64,000 bases of DNA from an uncultured Rhodospirillaceae bacterium (GTDB lineage Bacteria; Pseudomonadota; Alphaproteobacteria; Rhodospirillales; UBA2165). The notes under the pieces were generated by a model that saw only the letters and a program-made list of their open reading frames with translations, was not told the DNA's origin and made no database searches. A program made the position numbers and the translations under genes. This document shows, piece after piece, positions 20,656-30,451 of this stretch (positions are counted from its first letter, which is position 1; each line of letters opens with the position of its first letter). Where the stretch lies: contig CAZSXT010000002.1 in NCBI GenBank assembly GCA_964611435.1, positions 64,308 to 128,307 of the forward strand. The letters are read 5' to 3'.

Positions 20656-21495
20656 TCAGCCGGCATTCAGCTTGTCCTTGACAGCCAGAAGATCGCGCCA
20701 GGCGTCTTTTTTGGCCGCCGGTGACCGAAGCAAATAAGCGGGATGCAGAAACGGCATGACATCCACCGGCGCGGCCAAATTCTTGGACTGGTAAGTCCGC
20801 CATTTCCCCCTCAGCCGGGTGATGCCCTGTTGCTCGCCCAACAGAGTTTTTGTCGCCGGGCCGCCCAGCGGAATAAGAATATCGGGATCAATCAATTCGA
20901 TGTGCCGTTCGACAAAGGGCAGACACAGGGCGATCTCGTTGGTGGTCGGATTGCGGTTTCCGGGTGGCCGCCAAAAGACAATATTGGTGATGTAGAAACC
21001 AGTCCGGTCCAAGCCGATAGACGCCGCCATCTTGTCCAAGAGCTGGCCGCTGGGGCCGATAAACGGCTTCCCCTGCCGATCTTCGTCGGCACCCGGCGCT
21101 TCTCCTACAAACATCACCTTGGCCGCCGGGTTGCCGTCCGAGAACACGGTGTTGGTTGCCGTTTTCTTGAGGGAGCACTCCTCGAATCCTCTGACAGCGG
21201 CCTCCAGTTCCTCGACAGTTGCGCAGGCCGCCGCCTGTTCCCAGGCGCTTTGCACGCCAGGGATCTCCACCTGGGCCGCCGGTGCTGGAGCCTGCTCGGG
21301 GCGCGCCTCTATCCGCCTGACAGTTCGGCTTGCGTTTCGACTGACGTGCTGGCTCTCCACTGATGCCTCTGCCTCGAGTGCCTCATTGGCGCCCGGCTCG
21401 ATAAACCGGTTTACCGGAGCTTCGCCGATGCATTCATCGATGCCGGCTTCCAGTTGCCAAACCAGGGCTTCGCGGGCATTGTGGATTGCTGTCAT
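20656..21495 (-). CDS. uracil-DNA glycosylase, family 4
   Basis: [23 protein letters not shown] and HPAYLLR motifs, with a roughly 90-aa N-terminal extension. Confidence 0.85.
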   Translation of the reverse strand: MTAIHNAREALVWQLEAGIDECIGEAPVNRFIEPGANEALEAEASVESQHVSRNASRTVRRIEARPEQAPAPAAQVEIPGVQSAWEQAAACATVEELEAAVRGFEECSLKKTATNTVFSDGNPAAKVMFVGEAPGADEDRQGKPFIGPSGQLLDKMAASIGLDRTGFYITNIVFWRPPGNRNPTTNEIALCLPFVERHIELIDPDILIPLGGPATKTLLGEQQGITRLRGKWRTYQSKNLAAPVDVMPFLHPAYLLRSPAAKKDAWRDLLAVKDKLNAG

Positions 21496-21557
21496 GGGTC
21501 CAGTTTAGCAGCCGGGCCAAGGGAACGCACCTAGAGAACGAAGTGGGGGAATTGTCG

Positions 21558-23189
21558 GTGAGTGAGCGGGAATCGATGGAGTTCGACGTGGTGATTGTCG
21601 GGGCGGGGCCGTCCGGGCTTTCTGCCGCGATTCGGCTGAAACAGTTGTCGGAAGAATCCGGAACCGAATTAAATGTGTGCGTCGTCGAGAAAGGCTCCGA
21701 GGTTGGCGCTCATATTTTATCCGGCGCCGTGTTGGAACCGCGCACGCTGAACGAACTTATCCCTGATTGGCGGGATCGCGGCGCGCCACTCAATACGCCG
21801 GCGGGGGAAGACCGGTTCCTGTATCTGACGAAAAGCGGCTCCATCAAGCTGCCCACGCCGCCGCAGATGAAAAACCACGGCAATTACATTATCAGTCTCG
21901 GGAATTTCTGCCGCTGGCTGGCCGAACAGGCGGAAGCCATGGGAGTGGAAATCTATCCCGGTTTCGCTGCCGCCGAAGTGCTGTATCATGACGATGGCCG
22001 GGTGAAGGGCATCGCCACCGGCGATATGGGGATCGGTAAAGACGGCCAGCCAACCGACATGCATGAGCCGGGAGTAGAATTGCACGCCGCCTATACGTTG
22101 TTTGGCGAAGGCTGCCGAGGCTCGCTGTCCAAGGGACTTATCGAGAAGTTCAATTTGAACGCAGATGCGGATCCGCAGACCTATGCCATCGGCATCAAGG
22201 AACTGTGGGAGGTGAAGCCTGAAAACCACAAACAAGGCTCTATCGTACACACCGTCGGCTGGCCCTTAAACGCCGACACTTACGGCGGTTCATTCCTGTA
22301 TCACCTGGAGGAAAACCAGGTCGCCTTGGGTTTCGTGATCGGGCTCGACTACAAGAACCCCTACTTAAGTCCTTTCGACGAAATGCAGCGTTATAAAACC
22401 CACCCGGCGATCCGCCCGGTGCTGGAAGGCGGTCGGCGTATTTCCTATGGCGCCAGGGCATTGGTGGAGGGCGGGTTTCAGTCTCTGCCCAAGCTGACCT
22501 TCCCCGGCGGCGTGCTGATCGGCGATTCCGCCGGATTCCTCAACGTGCCCAAAATCAAGGGCACCCATACCGCCATGAAGTCCGGGATGACGGCGGCCGA
22601 AGCCGCCTTCGAGGCGCTGAAGTCGGACGAACGAGCGCCAGAGCTCACCAGTTATCCGTCAACACTGAAGACCTCTTGGCTATGGGCGGAACTACGCAAA
22701 GTCCGAAACATTCGGCCGTCATTCCGTTGGGGACTCTGGGGCGGAATCCTCTATTCCGGCATCGACACCTATCTGTTCGGCGGCAATGCGCCTTGGACCC
22801 TTCGCCACCATGCCGATCATGAACAACTCCAGAAAGCTTCACAGGCCAAACCCATCGCCTATCCGAAACCGGACGGGGAGATCAGCTTCGACAAACTGTC
22901 ATCGGTCTTTCTCTCCAACACCAACCACGAGGAAAACCAGCCGGCGCATCTCACTCTGAAAAACGAAAACGTGCCGCTCTCGGTCAATCTGGCCGAGTAT
23001 GCGGGACCGGAAGCCCGGTTCTGCCCGGCTGGCGTCTATGAATTTCTCGAGGAAGGCGGAGAGACCAAGTTCCAGATCAACGCGCAGAACTGTGTCCACT
23101 GCAAAACCTGCGACATCAAAGACCCCACCCAGAACATCAACTGGGTGGTGCCTGAGGGCGGCGGCGGCCCGAACTACCCCAACATGTGA
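21558..23189 (+). CDS. electron transfer flavoprotein-ubiquinone oxidoreductase
   Basis: [16 protein letters not shown], and a C-terminal 4Fe-4S region CPAGVYE...[13 protein letters not shown]. The start is GTG 21558 or ATG 21576. Confidence 0.9.
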   Translation: MSERESMEFDVVIVGAGPSGLSAAIRLKQLSEESGTELNVCVVEKGSEVGAHILSGAVLEPRTLNELIPDWRDRGAPLNTPAGEDRFLYLTKSGSIKLPTPPQMKNHGNYIISLGNFCRWLAEQAEAMGVEIYPGFAAAEVLYHDDGRVKGIATGDMGIGKDGQPTDMHEPGVELHAAYTLFGEGCRGSLSKGLIEKFNLNADADPQTYAIGIKELWEVKPENHKQGSIVHTVGWPLNADTYGGSFLYHLEENQVALGFVIGLDYKNPYLSPFDEMQRYKTHPAIRPVLEGGRRISYGARALVEGGFQSLPKLTFPGGVLIGDSAGFLNVPKIKGTHTAMKSGMTAAEAAFEALKSDERAPELTSYPSTLKTSWLWAELRKVRNIRPSFRWGLWGGILYSGIDTYLFGGNAPWTLRHHADHEQLQKASQAKPIAYPKPDGEISFDKLSSVFLSNTNHEENQPAHLTLKNENVPLSVNLAEYAGPEARFCPAGVYEFLEEGGETKFQINAQNCVHCKTCDIKDPTQNINWVVPEGGGGPNYPNM

Positions 23190-23385
23190 GCCACCGGGAC
23201 GAAGACCTTGTCTATCATGGGGAGTCTGATGGACGGGATCTCTGAATGGCGCCCTACACCAGCAACGAGCACTCCCGTGACGAAAGAGTGACCGCGCGCG
23301 CGTATTGACGTTTGTGGAAAACCGCCGCTGCGGCTAGAATTACCGGAAATAGTGGTTAACCAATGCCGCCGGAATTTTAGACCAA

Positions 23386-25083
23386 ATGCCGCAAAAATCA
23401 TTCCTCAAGTTGGTTCCTGGCCTGGGGCTTGCCACCGGAGTTCTGCTGGCGACATTTCAACCGGGTTTTGCCGCCAATCAAAAAACCGCCGAAACACCGT
23501 TAAAATTTGGCGAGTATCTGGCCGGTCGGCACGCGCAGATCATTCAGGATCCTGCTGCCGCCGTTAAATATTATCGGGAAAATCTGCGCGCCAATCCCAA
23601 TAATTCGGTAGTGCAGATTCAGCTCTTCACCATCCTTCTGGCCGAAGGCCGGATGAAAGAGGCGTTGAGCCTGGCGGTAGCACTCGACAAGACCGATGCC
23701 CCTGTTCGGGACATCGTGCAGACGGCTCTGATCGTCCAAAACGTTCGGATCGGCAACTTTACCGCGGCGGCAAACCGCGTCGCCGGCTTCCCGGAAGAAG
23801 GGTTGGGAGCATTGTCCCTTCCGCTGATCAAAGCCTGGGTCCTGGCCGGCGAAAAGAAATATGATGACGCCATCACAGCGCTGGAAGAGCGCAACAGCAA
23901 TCCGGGCATGGCAGTTCTGCTTGGGCCCCATATCGCTCTCATTCACGAGATATCCGGCGACCGCCAGAAAGCTGAAGAGGCCTATCAAAACGCCATTAAA
24001 GCACGCGGTCGGGCGGGATTGCGCATGTCCCAGCTTCTCGGAGAATTTTATGAACGGACCGGCGAAAAAGAAAAGGCCAAGAAGGTTTATCAGGACTACC
24101 TGAAGGGCAGCCCGCAGTCTGTTCTGATGGACTCTGCGCTCAATCGTCTTGCCGGCAGGAAATCGGCGCCATTGCCGAAACTTGACGCCAAATTCGGCAT
24201 GGCCGAGGCCATGTTCAGTCTGTCCCGTTCGATCCAGCGGCAAAGCCCCTTCGAGGCGCTGATCTTTTCCAATCTGGCCCTCTATCTACAGCCGAATTTC
24301 GGCCTGGTGAAATTCCTGGTCGCCGACAATTATTATGGAGAAGGGCGCTACAAGGAGGCCCTCGGTGTTCAGCAATCACTGGCCAAGGACCCCACCTATG
24401 GATGGTCGGCCCGGCTCCGGCAGGCGCGGACACTGTACGCCCTCGACCGGCTGGATGACGCGGTGAAGTTGTTGCGGTCCATGGCAAAGGAGGAGACATC
24501 CCGGATTGATGCGCTGATCCAAATGGGAGAGCTCTATCGGTCCAAGCAAAGCTACAAAGACGCCGCCGCGGCGTTTGAAGAGGCCAAAAAGCGGATCACC
24601 AAGTACGAGCCCCATCACTGGCAGCTTTTGTTCTGGAATGCCGCCGCCCATGAACGGCTGAAAAAATGGCCCCAGGCGGAGAAAGATTTCCTGAAGGCGC
24701 TGGAACTCAATCCTAACGAGCCGCGGGTTCTGAACTACCTCGGCTATTCCTGGGTGGAACAGGGCAAAAACATCGAACGCGCCCGCAAGATGATCGAATC
24801 TGCTGTCAAGCAACAGCCGCGCGCCGGCTACATCGTCGATAGTTTGGGCTGGGTGCTGTACCGGATGGGCGACATGGAGGGCGCGGTAAAGAATCTGGAA
24901 CGTGCGGTTCTGCTGACCCCCCATGATCCGACCATCAACGACCACTTGGGCGATGCCTATTGGCGGGTCAACCGCAAGATCGAGGCCCGCTTTCAGTGGC
25001 AACGAGCGTTGACCTTGGACCCGGAAAAAGATCAGATTCCCATTATTAAGAAAAAACTGAAGGAAGGGCTGCCGAACTCGTAA
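23386..25083 (+). CDS. secreted TPR-repeat protein
   Basis: 565 aa with a signal peptide and many TPR units. It lies upstream of ispE. Confidence 0.8.
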   Translation: MPQKSFLKLVPGLGLATGVLLATFQPGFAANQKTAETPLKFGEYLAGRHAQIIQDPAAAVKYYRENLRANPNNSVVQIQLFTILLAEGRMKEALSLAVALDKTDAPVRDIVQTALIVQNVRIGNFTAAANRVAGFPEEGLGALSLPLIKAWVLAGEKKYDDAITALEERNSNPGMAVLLGPHIALIHEISGDRQKAEEAYQNAIKARGRAGLRMSQLLGEFYERTGEKEKAKKVYQDYLKGSPQSVLMDSALNRLAGRKSAPLPKLDAKFGMAEAMFSLSRSIQRQSPFEALIFSNLALYLQPNFGLVKFLVADNYYGEGRYKEALGVQQSLAKDPTYGWSARLRQARTLYALDRLDDAVKLLRSMAKEETSRIDALIQMGELYRSKQSYKDAAAAFEEAKKRITKYEPHHWQLLFWNAAAHERLKKWPQAEKDFLKALELNPNEPRVLNYLGYSWVEQGKNIERARKMIESAVKQQPRAGYIVDSLGWVLYRMGDMEGAVKNLERAVLLTPHDPTINDHLGDAYWRVNRKIEARFQWQRALTLDPEKDQIPIIKKKLKEGLPNS

Positions 25084-25105
25084 TCGGCCCCGTCGGTATT
25101 GGACC

Positions 25106-25969
25106 GTGTCCGCCCCCCTTCGCCTCGACGCCCCCGCCAAGATCAATTTGTACCTCCACGTCTTGGGCAAACGGCCTGACGGCTATCACGAGTTGGATTC
25201 TCTGATCGTTTTCGCTGGCGTTGGCGATGCCCTGATGTTTGAGCCAGGCGGCTTTCTAGAACTGGACATCGATGGCCCCTTCGCCGGCGAGCTGCGCGCC
25301 GATGACGACAATCTGGTGATGAAAGCGGCCAGGATGCTGGCGGACGAGGCGGAAATCGAGCCCCGCGCCCGCATCACGCTGACCAAGAACCTGCCGGTGG
25401 CGTCGGGCATCGGCGGCGGCTCGGCCGACGCAGCGGCCACGTTAAAAGGTTTGTGCGAATTATGGCGCTTGTCCCCGCCGCCAGCCCTCTTGAATGCTAT
25501 GGCGAAGACCCTGGGCGCGGACGTGCCCGTGTGCCTGGAAAGCCGGTCCGCCTATATCGGCGGCGTGGGCGAGGTCGTTGAACCCGCGCCCGGCCTGCCG
25601 GCGGCCCATCTGGTCCTGGTCAATCCGCTGGTCGCTGTGCCGACGCCACAGGTGTTTGCCGCCCGGCAAGGGACGTTTTCCAAGGCCGACAGGTTGGACG
25701 GAATGCCGGACACAGTGGAGACGCTGGCCCAGGCGCTTCAATCCCGGCGCAACGATCTGACCGGCGCCGCGATCAAAACCGCGCGGGTTATCGGCGACGT
25801 GCTGTCGGCGCTGGAAGCATTGGACGACGTTTTGTTCACTCGGCTATCCGGCAGCGGGGCCACGTGCTTCGCGTTGTTTGCTGAGGAAGCGCAGGCAACA
25901 AAGGCGGCGGACACCCTTCGCCAGGACCATCCCGATTGGTGGATCGCCGCTGCACCGATCTTGGCCTAG
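25106..25969 (+). CDS. ispE: 4-diphosphocytidyl-2-C-methyl-D-erythritol kinase
   Basis: APAKINLYLHV and PVASGIGGGSADAAA (GHMP kinase motif). The start codon is GTG. Confidence 0.9.
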   Translation: MSAPLRLDAPAKINLYLHVLGKRPDGYHELDSLIVFAGVGDALMFEPGGFLELDIDGPFAGELRADDDNLVMKAARMLADEAEIEPRARITLTKNLPVASGIGGGSADAAATLKGLCELWRLSPPPALLNAMAKTLGADVPVCLESRSAYIGGVGEVVEPAPGLPAAHLVLVNPLVAVPTPQVFAARQGTFSKADRLDGMPDTVETLAQALQSRRNDLTGAAIKTARVIGDVLSALEALDDVLFTRLSGSGATCFALFAEEAQATKAADTLRQDHPDWWIAAAPILA

Positions 25970-25986
25970 ACATTTCGGTTAAGAGG

Positions 25987-26015
25987 TTGCCGATCCCGGC
26001 AAATCTGAATACATT
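25987..26015 (+). promoter_or_regulatory. possible sigma70-type promoter for tRNA-Gln
   Basis: TTGCCG (25987-25992), a 17-nt spacer, then TACATT (26010-26015), about 34 nt upstream of the tRNA. Confidence 0.3.
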
Positions 26016-26048
26016 GCGCGCCATCCCGGCAACGGGAGATCACGGCAA

Positions 26049-26125
26049 TGGGGCGTAGCCAAGTGGTCTAAGGCACCGGTTTTTGGTACCGGCATTCGGA
26101 GGTTCGAATCCTCCCGCCCCAGCCA
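26049..26125 (+). tRNA. tRNA-Gln (anticodon UUG), CCA encoded
   Basis: Manual cloverleaf. Acceptor stem tggggcg/cgcccca. Anticodon stem ccggt/accgg with loop ttTTGgt. T arm ggagg-ttcgaat-cctcc. Discriminator G followed by CCA. Confidence 0.95.
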
Positions 26126-26132
26126 ACAATCA

Positions 26133-26156
26133 ACCCGCCATCTGGCGGGTTTTTTG
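26133..26156 (+). terminator. rho-independent terminator after tRNA-Gln
   Basis: Stem cccgcc / ggcggg with loop atct, followed by tttttt. Confidence 0.75.
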
Positions 26157-26357
26157 GTGGCTTGCGGTATGAAGAGACGAACCCTGTTCGAACCCATGGT
26201 CGGTGACACTCCACCATCCACGACCTTGTCAGTGACGCTAAACCACATCCTATCCCTCCACCTCCAGCCAACCGGCAAATTCGATACTGACACAGGACGA
26301 ATGCTATATTAAATTGTCATAATTTTTATTATTACATACATAAATAGATCGCACGTG

Positions 26358-27041
26358 ATGGCCGTTTGCGCCGTAGCCACAGCTATTTTGATGGCTCAGC
26401 CGGCCGTGGCTGATCCGTTGCGGGACGCCATTCGGCAAAATAGCGTCAGCGGCGTGGAGAGGGCCTTACGGTCAAAACCGCCACTGGAACCGGCCTGCCC
26501 TGCCAACCTCAACTGCAAGCCTTTGGGGTATGCGGCGTTTCTCGGCAATATCGAAATAGTCCGATTGCTTCTCGACGCGGGAGCCGACCCGGATGGACTG
26601 GGACCATACGGCGATGTCCCGATCTTTAAGGCTTATAATGCCAAGAAATTGAGTGGAAAGAGCGATCAAGAGATCAGTGAAATTCATACGCTCCTGTTGC
26701 AGCGTGGCGCCAACCCAAACATCCCCAATGTTTTTGCCTTCACGCCTTTCATGGCGTTTTGCATGTCGGGCGATCGTAAAAATATGGAACTGGCGCGTCA
26801 ACTTGGCGGCGAGGTAAATGGCGCCTACAGGTCCAATCTCAACAATCAACGCCAATTTACGCGTACTGTCCTGATTGAAACAATCAGGCAGAAGCGGGTC
26901 GACTCGGTCGAATGGCTGTTGAAGCACGGGGCAGACCCTAATTTTCAGACGCCGGAGGGCGATACGGCCCTAAAAATGGCGGTAAAAATGGGGCTCACGG
27001 AGATCGAAGCTATCCTGAGATCGGCGGGCGCGACCCGGTAG
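26358..27041 (+). CDS. secreted ankyrin-repeat protein
   Basis: It has a signal peptide (MAVCAVATAILMAQPAVADP). Repeated motifs are LLLDAGADPD, LLLQRGANPN and WLLKHGADPN. A strongly AT-rich 60 bp lies directly upstream. Confidence 0.85.
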   Translation: MAVCAVATAILMAQPAVADPLRDAIRQNSVSGVERALRSKPPLEPACPANLNCKPLGYAAFLGNIEIVRLLLDAGADPDGLGPYGDVPIFKAYNAKKLSGKSDQEISEIHTLLLQRGANPNIPNVFAFTPFMAFCMSGDRKNMELARQLGGEVNGAYRSNLNNQRQFTRTVLIETIRQKRVDSVEWLLKHGADPNFQTPEGDTALKMAVKMGLTEIEAILRSAGATR

Positions 27042-27190
27042 AGTCGCCGGATCGGCGGGAACACTCCCCCGACCCAGCAATAAATCTAGTGGCATATTTG
27101 GCGGACGACAGGTGTCGTTCGTTCCGTGACTCACCCGGCCTCTCCCGCTAGTTTAAACCCAATAAACAACAAATACCGGGGAGGACATCC

Positions 27191-28321
27191 ATGTCCGACG
27201 AATTACTCTTAGTGGGCAGCATTCCGCTGGACACGCCCGAGGAAGTGTTTACCGCGTTCGGGCCGGGTCTCGGCGAATGGCTGGCCTATCTACCCGACGG
27301 CGAAATCGGCGACCGGCGCTATTGGATCGATGGCATCGCGCATCGGGTATTGAACGGTCACCGTGAGATGGAGACCATTCGCTATCCCGACGCCGACGCG
27401 AACGGGGTCGAGACTTGGCGGCCCCAGGGCAACCACGATCAGTATCAGTTCACCGTAAAGGCCGGGATCGATAAGGTCCGGTTCGGCGATCCAGGCTGGC
27501 GGCTCGGCTACACCCGCGACGCCATCAACTCTTATTACGTCTTCCGGCATTTAAAAGAGCAGGGCAAGATACCGGCCCACGTACGTTTCCAAGTCTGCAT
27601 CCCCCTCACCTATTCCTGTCTGGCAAGTTTTATCCCCGATCCGGACGATCTGGAAAAAGTTGCGCCCGGATTTACAGAGGCCCTGACCGCCGAGGTGACC
27701 GAGATGATCCGTCATATTCCAGCCTCCGAACTCGCCATTCAATGGGACATGGCCATCGAAAACCGGCTGATCGAAAACAAGCTGAAAGACGGCGACCAGA
27801 CGGGCGCCGAGGCGGAAGCCGCACGCGTGGCGAAACCGGCCGCCGACATTTGTGCGGCGATCCCGGCGGACGTCGCGCTCGGCTATCATTCCTGTTACGG
27901 CACCCTCGACGGCTGGCCCAGCCGGCAGCCACCCGACGCCATGGGCACGGTGTTGTTGCTGAATGCCGTAGTGGCGGCCAGCGGACGGCAGGTGGATTTC
28001 GTCCACTTCCCCACCCTGGATGCAGCGGATGAAACCTTTTTCAAACCGTTTGAACGGTTTGAACTGGCCGGCGCCAGGGCCTATGTGGGCGCGATCCATC
28101 ACCTGCACGGCGAAGGGGGCCTTCGCGATCAAATCACCAGCATCAAAAAGCACCTGCCAGAATTTGGTCTGGCCGCGCCTTGCGGCTTTGGGCGCGCGCC
28201 GGAACGGCCAGGCCGGCTGCTCACCGACAGCGGCAATGATGCGCCACCCGACTATATCCAAGTGATCCTGGACGACCACGCGGCAGCGGTTGATGTCCTC
28301 CGGGACGTGATGGCAGGCTAG
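27191..28321 (+). CDS. hypothetical protein, possibly MetE/UROD-like TIM-barrel
   Basis: 376 aa with a GGAGGA RBS. Weak resemblance to cobalamin-independent methionine-synthase-like proteins (IQWD..., LGYHSCYG, APCGFGR could be the Zn-ligand His/Cys positions). The functional call is low confidence. Confidence 0.45.
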   Translation: MSDELLLVGSIPLDTPEEVFTAFGPGLGEWLAYLPDGEIGDRRYWIDGIAHRVLNGHREMETIRYPDADANGVETWRPQGNHDQYQFTVKAGIDKVRFGDPGWRLGYTRDAINSYYVFRHLKEQGKIPAHVRFQVCIPLTYSCLASFIPDPDDLEKVAPGFTEALTAEVTEMIRHIPASELAIQWDMAIENRLIENKLKDGDQTGAEAEAARVAKPAADICAAIPADVALGYHSCYGTLDGWPSRQPPDAMGTVLLLNAVVAASGRQVDFVHFPTLDAADETFFKPFERFELAGARAYVGAIHHLHGEGGLRDQITSIKKHLPEFGLAAPCGFGRAPERPGRLLTDSGNDAPPDYIQVILDDHAAAVDVLRDVMAG

Positions 28322-28340
28322 CGATGGCCACAGGAGACAA

Positions 28341-29183
28341 ATGATGGAAGTCATTCCCCTGACCAAGCATATCGGTGCGGAGATCAAGGACCTGGATCTT
28401 TCCCAGCCGCTCTCTGATGAGACCGTGGAACAACTCAATCAGGCATGGCTGGATCATCTGGTCCTGCTGTTCCGGGGTCAGAAGCTCAGCCAGGAAGATC
28501 AACTTCGCGTCACGGCCGCGTTCGGCGAGGTGGGCGAACTGGGCCGTCCGGCGGAGTTTTTTCCAAAAGGCTATGAAAAGCTGCTGCCCAACATCATGTT
28601 GATCAGCAATATCCGGGAGAACGGAGAGCCCATCGGCGCCCTGCCGGACGGGGAAATGATGTTCCATCACGACATGCTGCACCGGGAACTGCCGCACAAG
28701 GGGACATTCCTCTACGCCCACGAAATCCCCAGTCATGGGGGCAACACACTCTTCGCCAGCGGCTATGCGGCGTACGAGTCCCTGCCAGACGATATCCGTG
28801 AACCTTTGGAAGGCCGGAAGGCGCACCACCATTATCACTATGGCTCCACCCAAAAGGGCGACGGCAAAGGCACGCCGGCCTCGGCGGCCTCCGTGCATCC
28901 GGTGTTCCGCACCCACGAAGACACCGGCCGCAAGGCGATCTACGTGAACCGGCTGATGACCGAGGGCATCGTGGACATGGATACGGATGAATCCGGCCGG
29001 CTGCTGAACGCGGTCTATGACCACGCCGAAAAGCCGGAATTCGTCTACGAGCATGTCTGGCAGGTGGGCGACCTGATCCTGTGGGACAATCGCTGTTCCA
29101 TGCATGCGCGGACAGATTTTCCAGAGACCGAGCGCCGTCTGATGCACCGGACCACCGTGCGCGGTACATCGATTCCGTTCTAG
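28341..29183 (+). CDS. TauD/TfdA-family Fe(II)/2-oxoglutarate dioxygenase
   Basis: 280 aa with an HHD facial-triad motif (MMFHHDMLH), a distal CSMHAR and RRLMHRTTV. Confidence 0.85.
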   Translation: MMEVIPLTKHIGAEIKDLDLSQPLSDETVEQLNQAWLDHLVLLFRGQKLSQEDQLRVTAAFGEVGELGRPAEFFPKGYEKLLPNIMLISNIRENGEPIGALPDGEMMFHHDMLHRELPHKGTFLYAHEIPSHGGNTLFASGYAAYESLPDDIREPLEGRKAHHHYHYGSTQKGDGKGTPASAASVHPVFRTHEDTGRKAIYVNRLMTEGIVDMDTDESGRLLNAVYDHAEKPEFVYEHVWQVGDLILWDNRCSMHARTDFPETERRLMHRTTVRGTSIPF

Positions 29184-29259
29184 ACGGTGAAAATTTGGGA
29201 CGTCGGGCTATTCGCTTGGCTAACAAAACTAATAAATTTCTATCAAAAGGAGGCACACC

Positions 29260-30168
29260 ATGGCCTTTAAGAAAACCAAAGTGGAAGTGAACAATGCGGT
29301 CTTTTCTCTGCCCTACTATGTGGCGCGGGACGAAGGCTATTTCGCAGAGGAAGGCATCGAAGTGGAATTGGTGCGCGCCGGCTCCGGCCGCGACCGGGAC
29401 TTGGATGTGCCGGACAAACCGATCGAAGATCACACGATGGTGGAATCCTATGGCTGGCACCGGGGCATCGAGGAAGGCGAGTTCTCTCTGTATCGCGCTT
29501 GTGAATGGGGCCAAATCCGCCGCACCCAAGACAGCGTCAAGGACGCCAGGGTGATTTCCAAGCGCGCCGCCGTCGCCACCCAAGCGATCATCGTGACGCC
29601 GGATTCGCCGGTGAACATCCCGGCCGATCTAAAGAACAAGACCGTCGCGGTGAACTTCCACGCCGGCTCCCACTATGTGACTTTGGGCCTCTTGGGCGGC
29701 TATCTGAAGCGGGATGAAATCCGCGCAGTACATGTGGGCGGACCGAAGCAACGCTTTGACGCCATCACCAACGGCACCGTCGATGCTGCGGCCGTCATGG
29801 AGCCCTGGGTCACCGTCGCCGAAAAGCTCGGCTACAAGGTGATCGCCGAGGCCTATTACGACGGCGCCGAAGTGGGTACTCCGTCGCTCGATCCGGAGGC
29901 CTATGCGGCCATCGACCGGGCGATCAAGAAGGCGGTCAAGAAAATCAACGAGGATAAGACGCCGTATCTGCACTATCTCTGTGAGGAAGTGCCGGCCGAG
30001 ATCTGCACAATCACGCCGGAAGACCTGCACACGCCGCGTCTTCGCTATATCGAGCCGCGCCCGTATACGGAAGAGGAATACCAGTACATCTATGACTGGA
30101 TGACTGAGTGGAACCTTCTTGATACGGAAAGCGTCTACGACAAGATCATCGACGCGAAGATCGCTTAG
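29260..30168 (+). CDS. NMT1/THI5-like (periplasmic-binding-protein fold) protein without signal peptide
   Basis: 302 aa with an AGGAGG RBS. It has NitT/TauT-type SBP-like sequence, but the N-terminus MAFKKTKVEVNNAVFSLPYYV has no hydrophobic leader. Confidence 0.7.
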   Translation: MAFKKTKVEVNNAVFSLPYYVARDEGYFAEEGIEVELVRAGSGRDRDLDVPDKPIEDHTMVESYGWHRGIEEGEFSLYRACEWGQIRRTQDSVKDARVISKRAAVATQAIIVTPDSPVNIPADLKNKTVAVNFHAGSHYVTLGLLGGYLKRDEIRAVHVGGPKQRFDAITNGTVDAAAVMEPWVTVAEKLGYKVIAEAYYDGAEVGTPSLDPEAYAAIDRAIKKAVKKINEDKTPYLHYLCEEVPAEICTITPEDLHTPRLRYIEPRPYTEEEYQYIYDWMTEWNLLDTESVYDKIIDAKIA

Positions 30169-30183
30169 GTCTCAATTTTCATA

Positions 30184-30439
30184 GTCATGCGCGGACCTGC
30201 CTGCGCGGAGCTGGAGCTTCGCTTCGGCGTAGGCAGGCCGGCGCGGGTATCACCCACGTCGTGATCCGCGTACCCACCTTACTCTGCGTCATCCCCGACT
30301 CGCGAAGCGATTGTCGGGGAACCATACTGAGCAAGCCATGGACCCCCGAGACTTGACCTCAATTCTCATTGAGCCCAAATCGGGGGCGACGCATCAAAAA
30401 AATTAAAAAATGGATACGCGGGACAAGCCCGCACATGAC
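30184..30439. repeat. 256-bp palindromic intergenic element with imperfect terminal inverted repeats
   Basis: gtcatgcgcgg (30184-30194) against ccgcacatgac (30429-30439) is a 10/11 match, extendable to about 25 bp. There are internal hairpins cctgcctgcgc...gcgtaggcagg (about 30196-30239) and tccccgac...gtcgggga (30291-30320). Confidence 0.5.
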
Positions 30440-30451
30440 GCTGCAGTAAGG

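Noticed and set aside
26157-26230. Possible tRNA fragment or att repeat (ctgttcgaacccatggtcggtgac) downstream of tRNA-Gln
   Set aside because: The ttcgaac T-loop-like heptamer is not flanked by complementary T-stem arms, and it does not repeat the 3' end of tRNA-Gln. I treat it as a chance resemblance.
28221-29583. 308-aa and 326-aa minus-strand ORFs opposite the TauD-like and NMT1-like genes
   Set aside because: They are shadow ORFs with Arg/Pro/Gly-rich sequence. The plus-strand genes have clear family motifs and RBSs.
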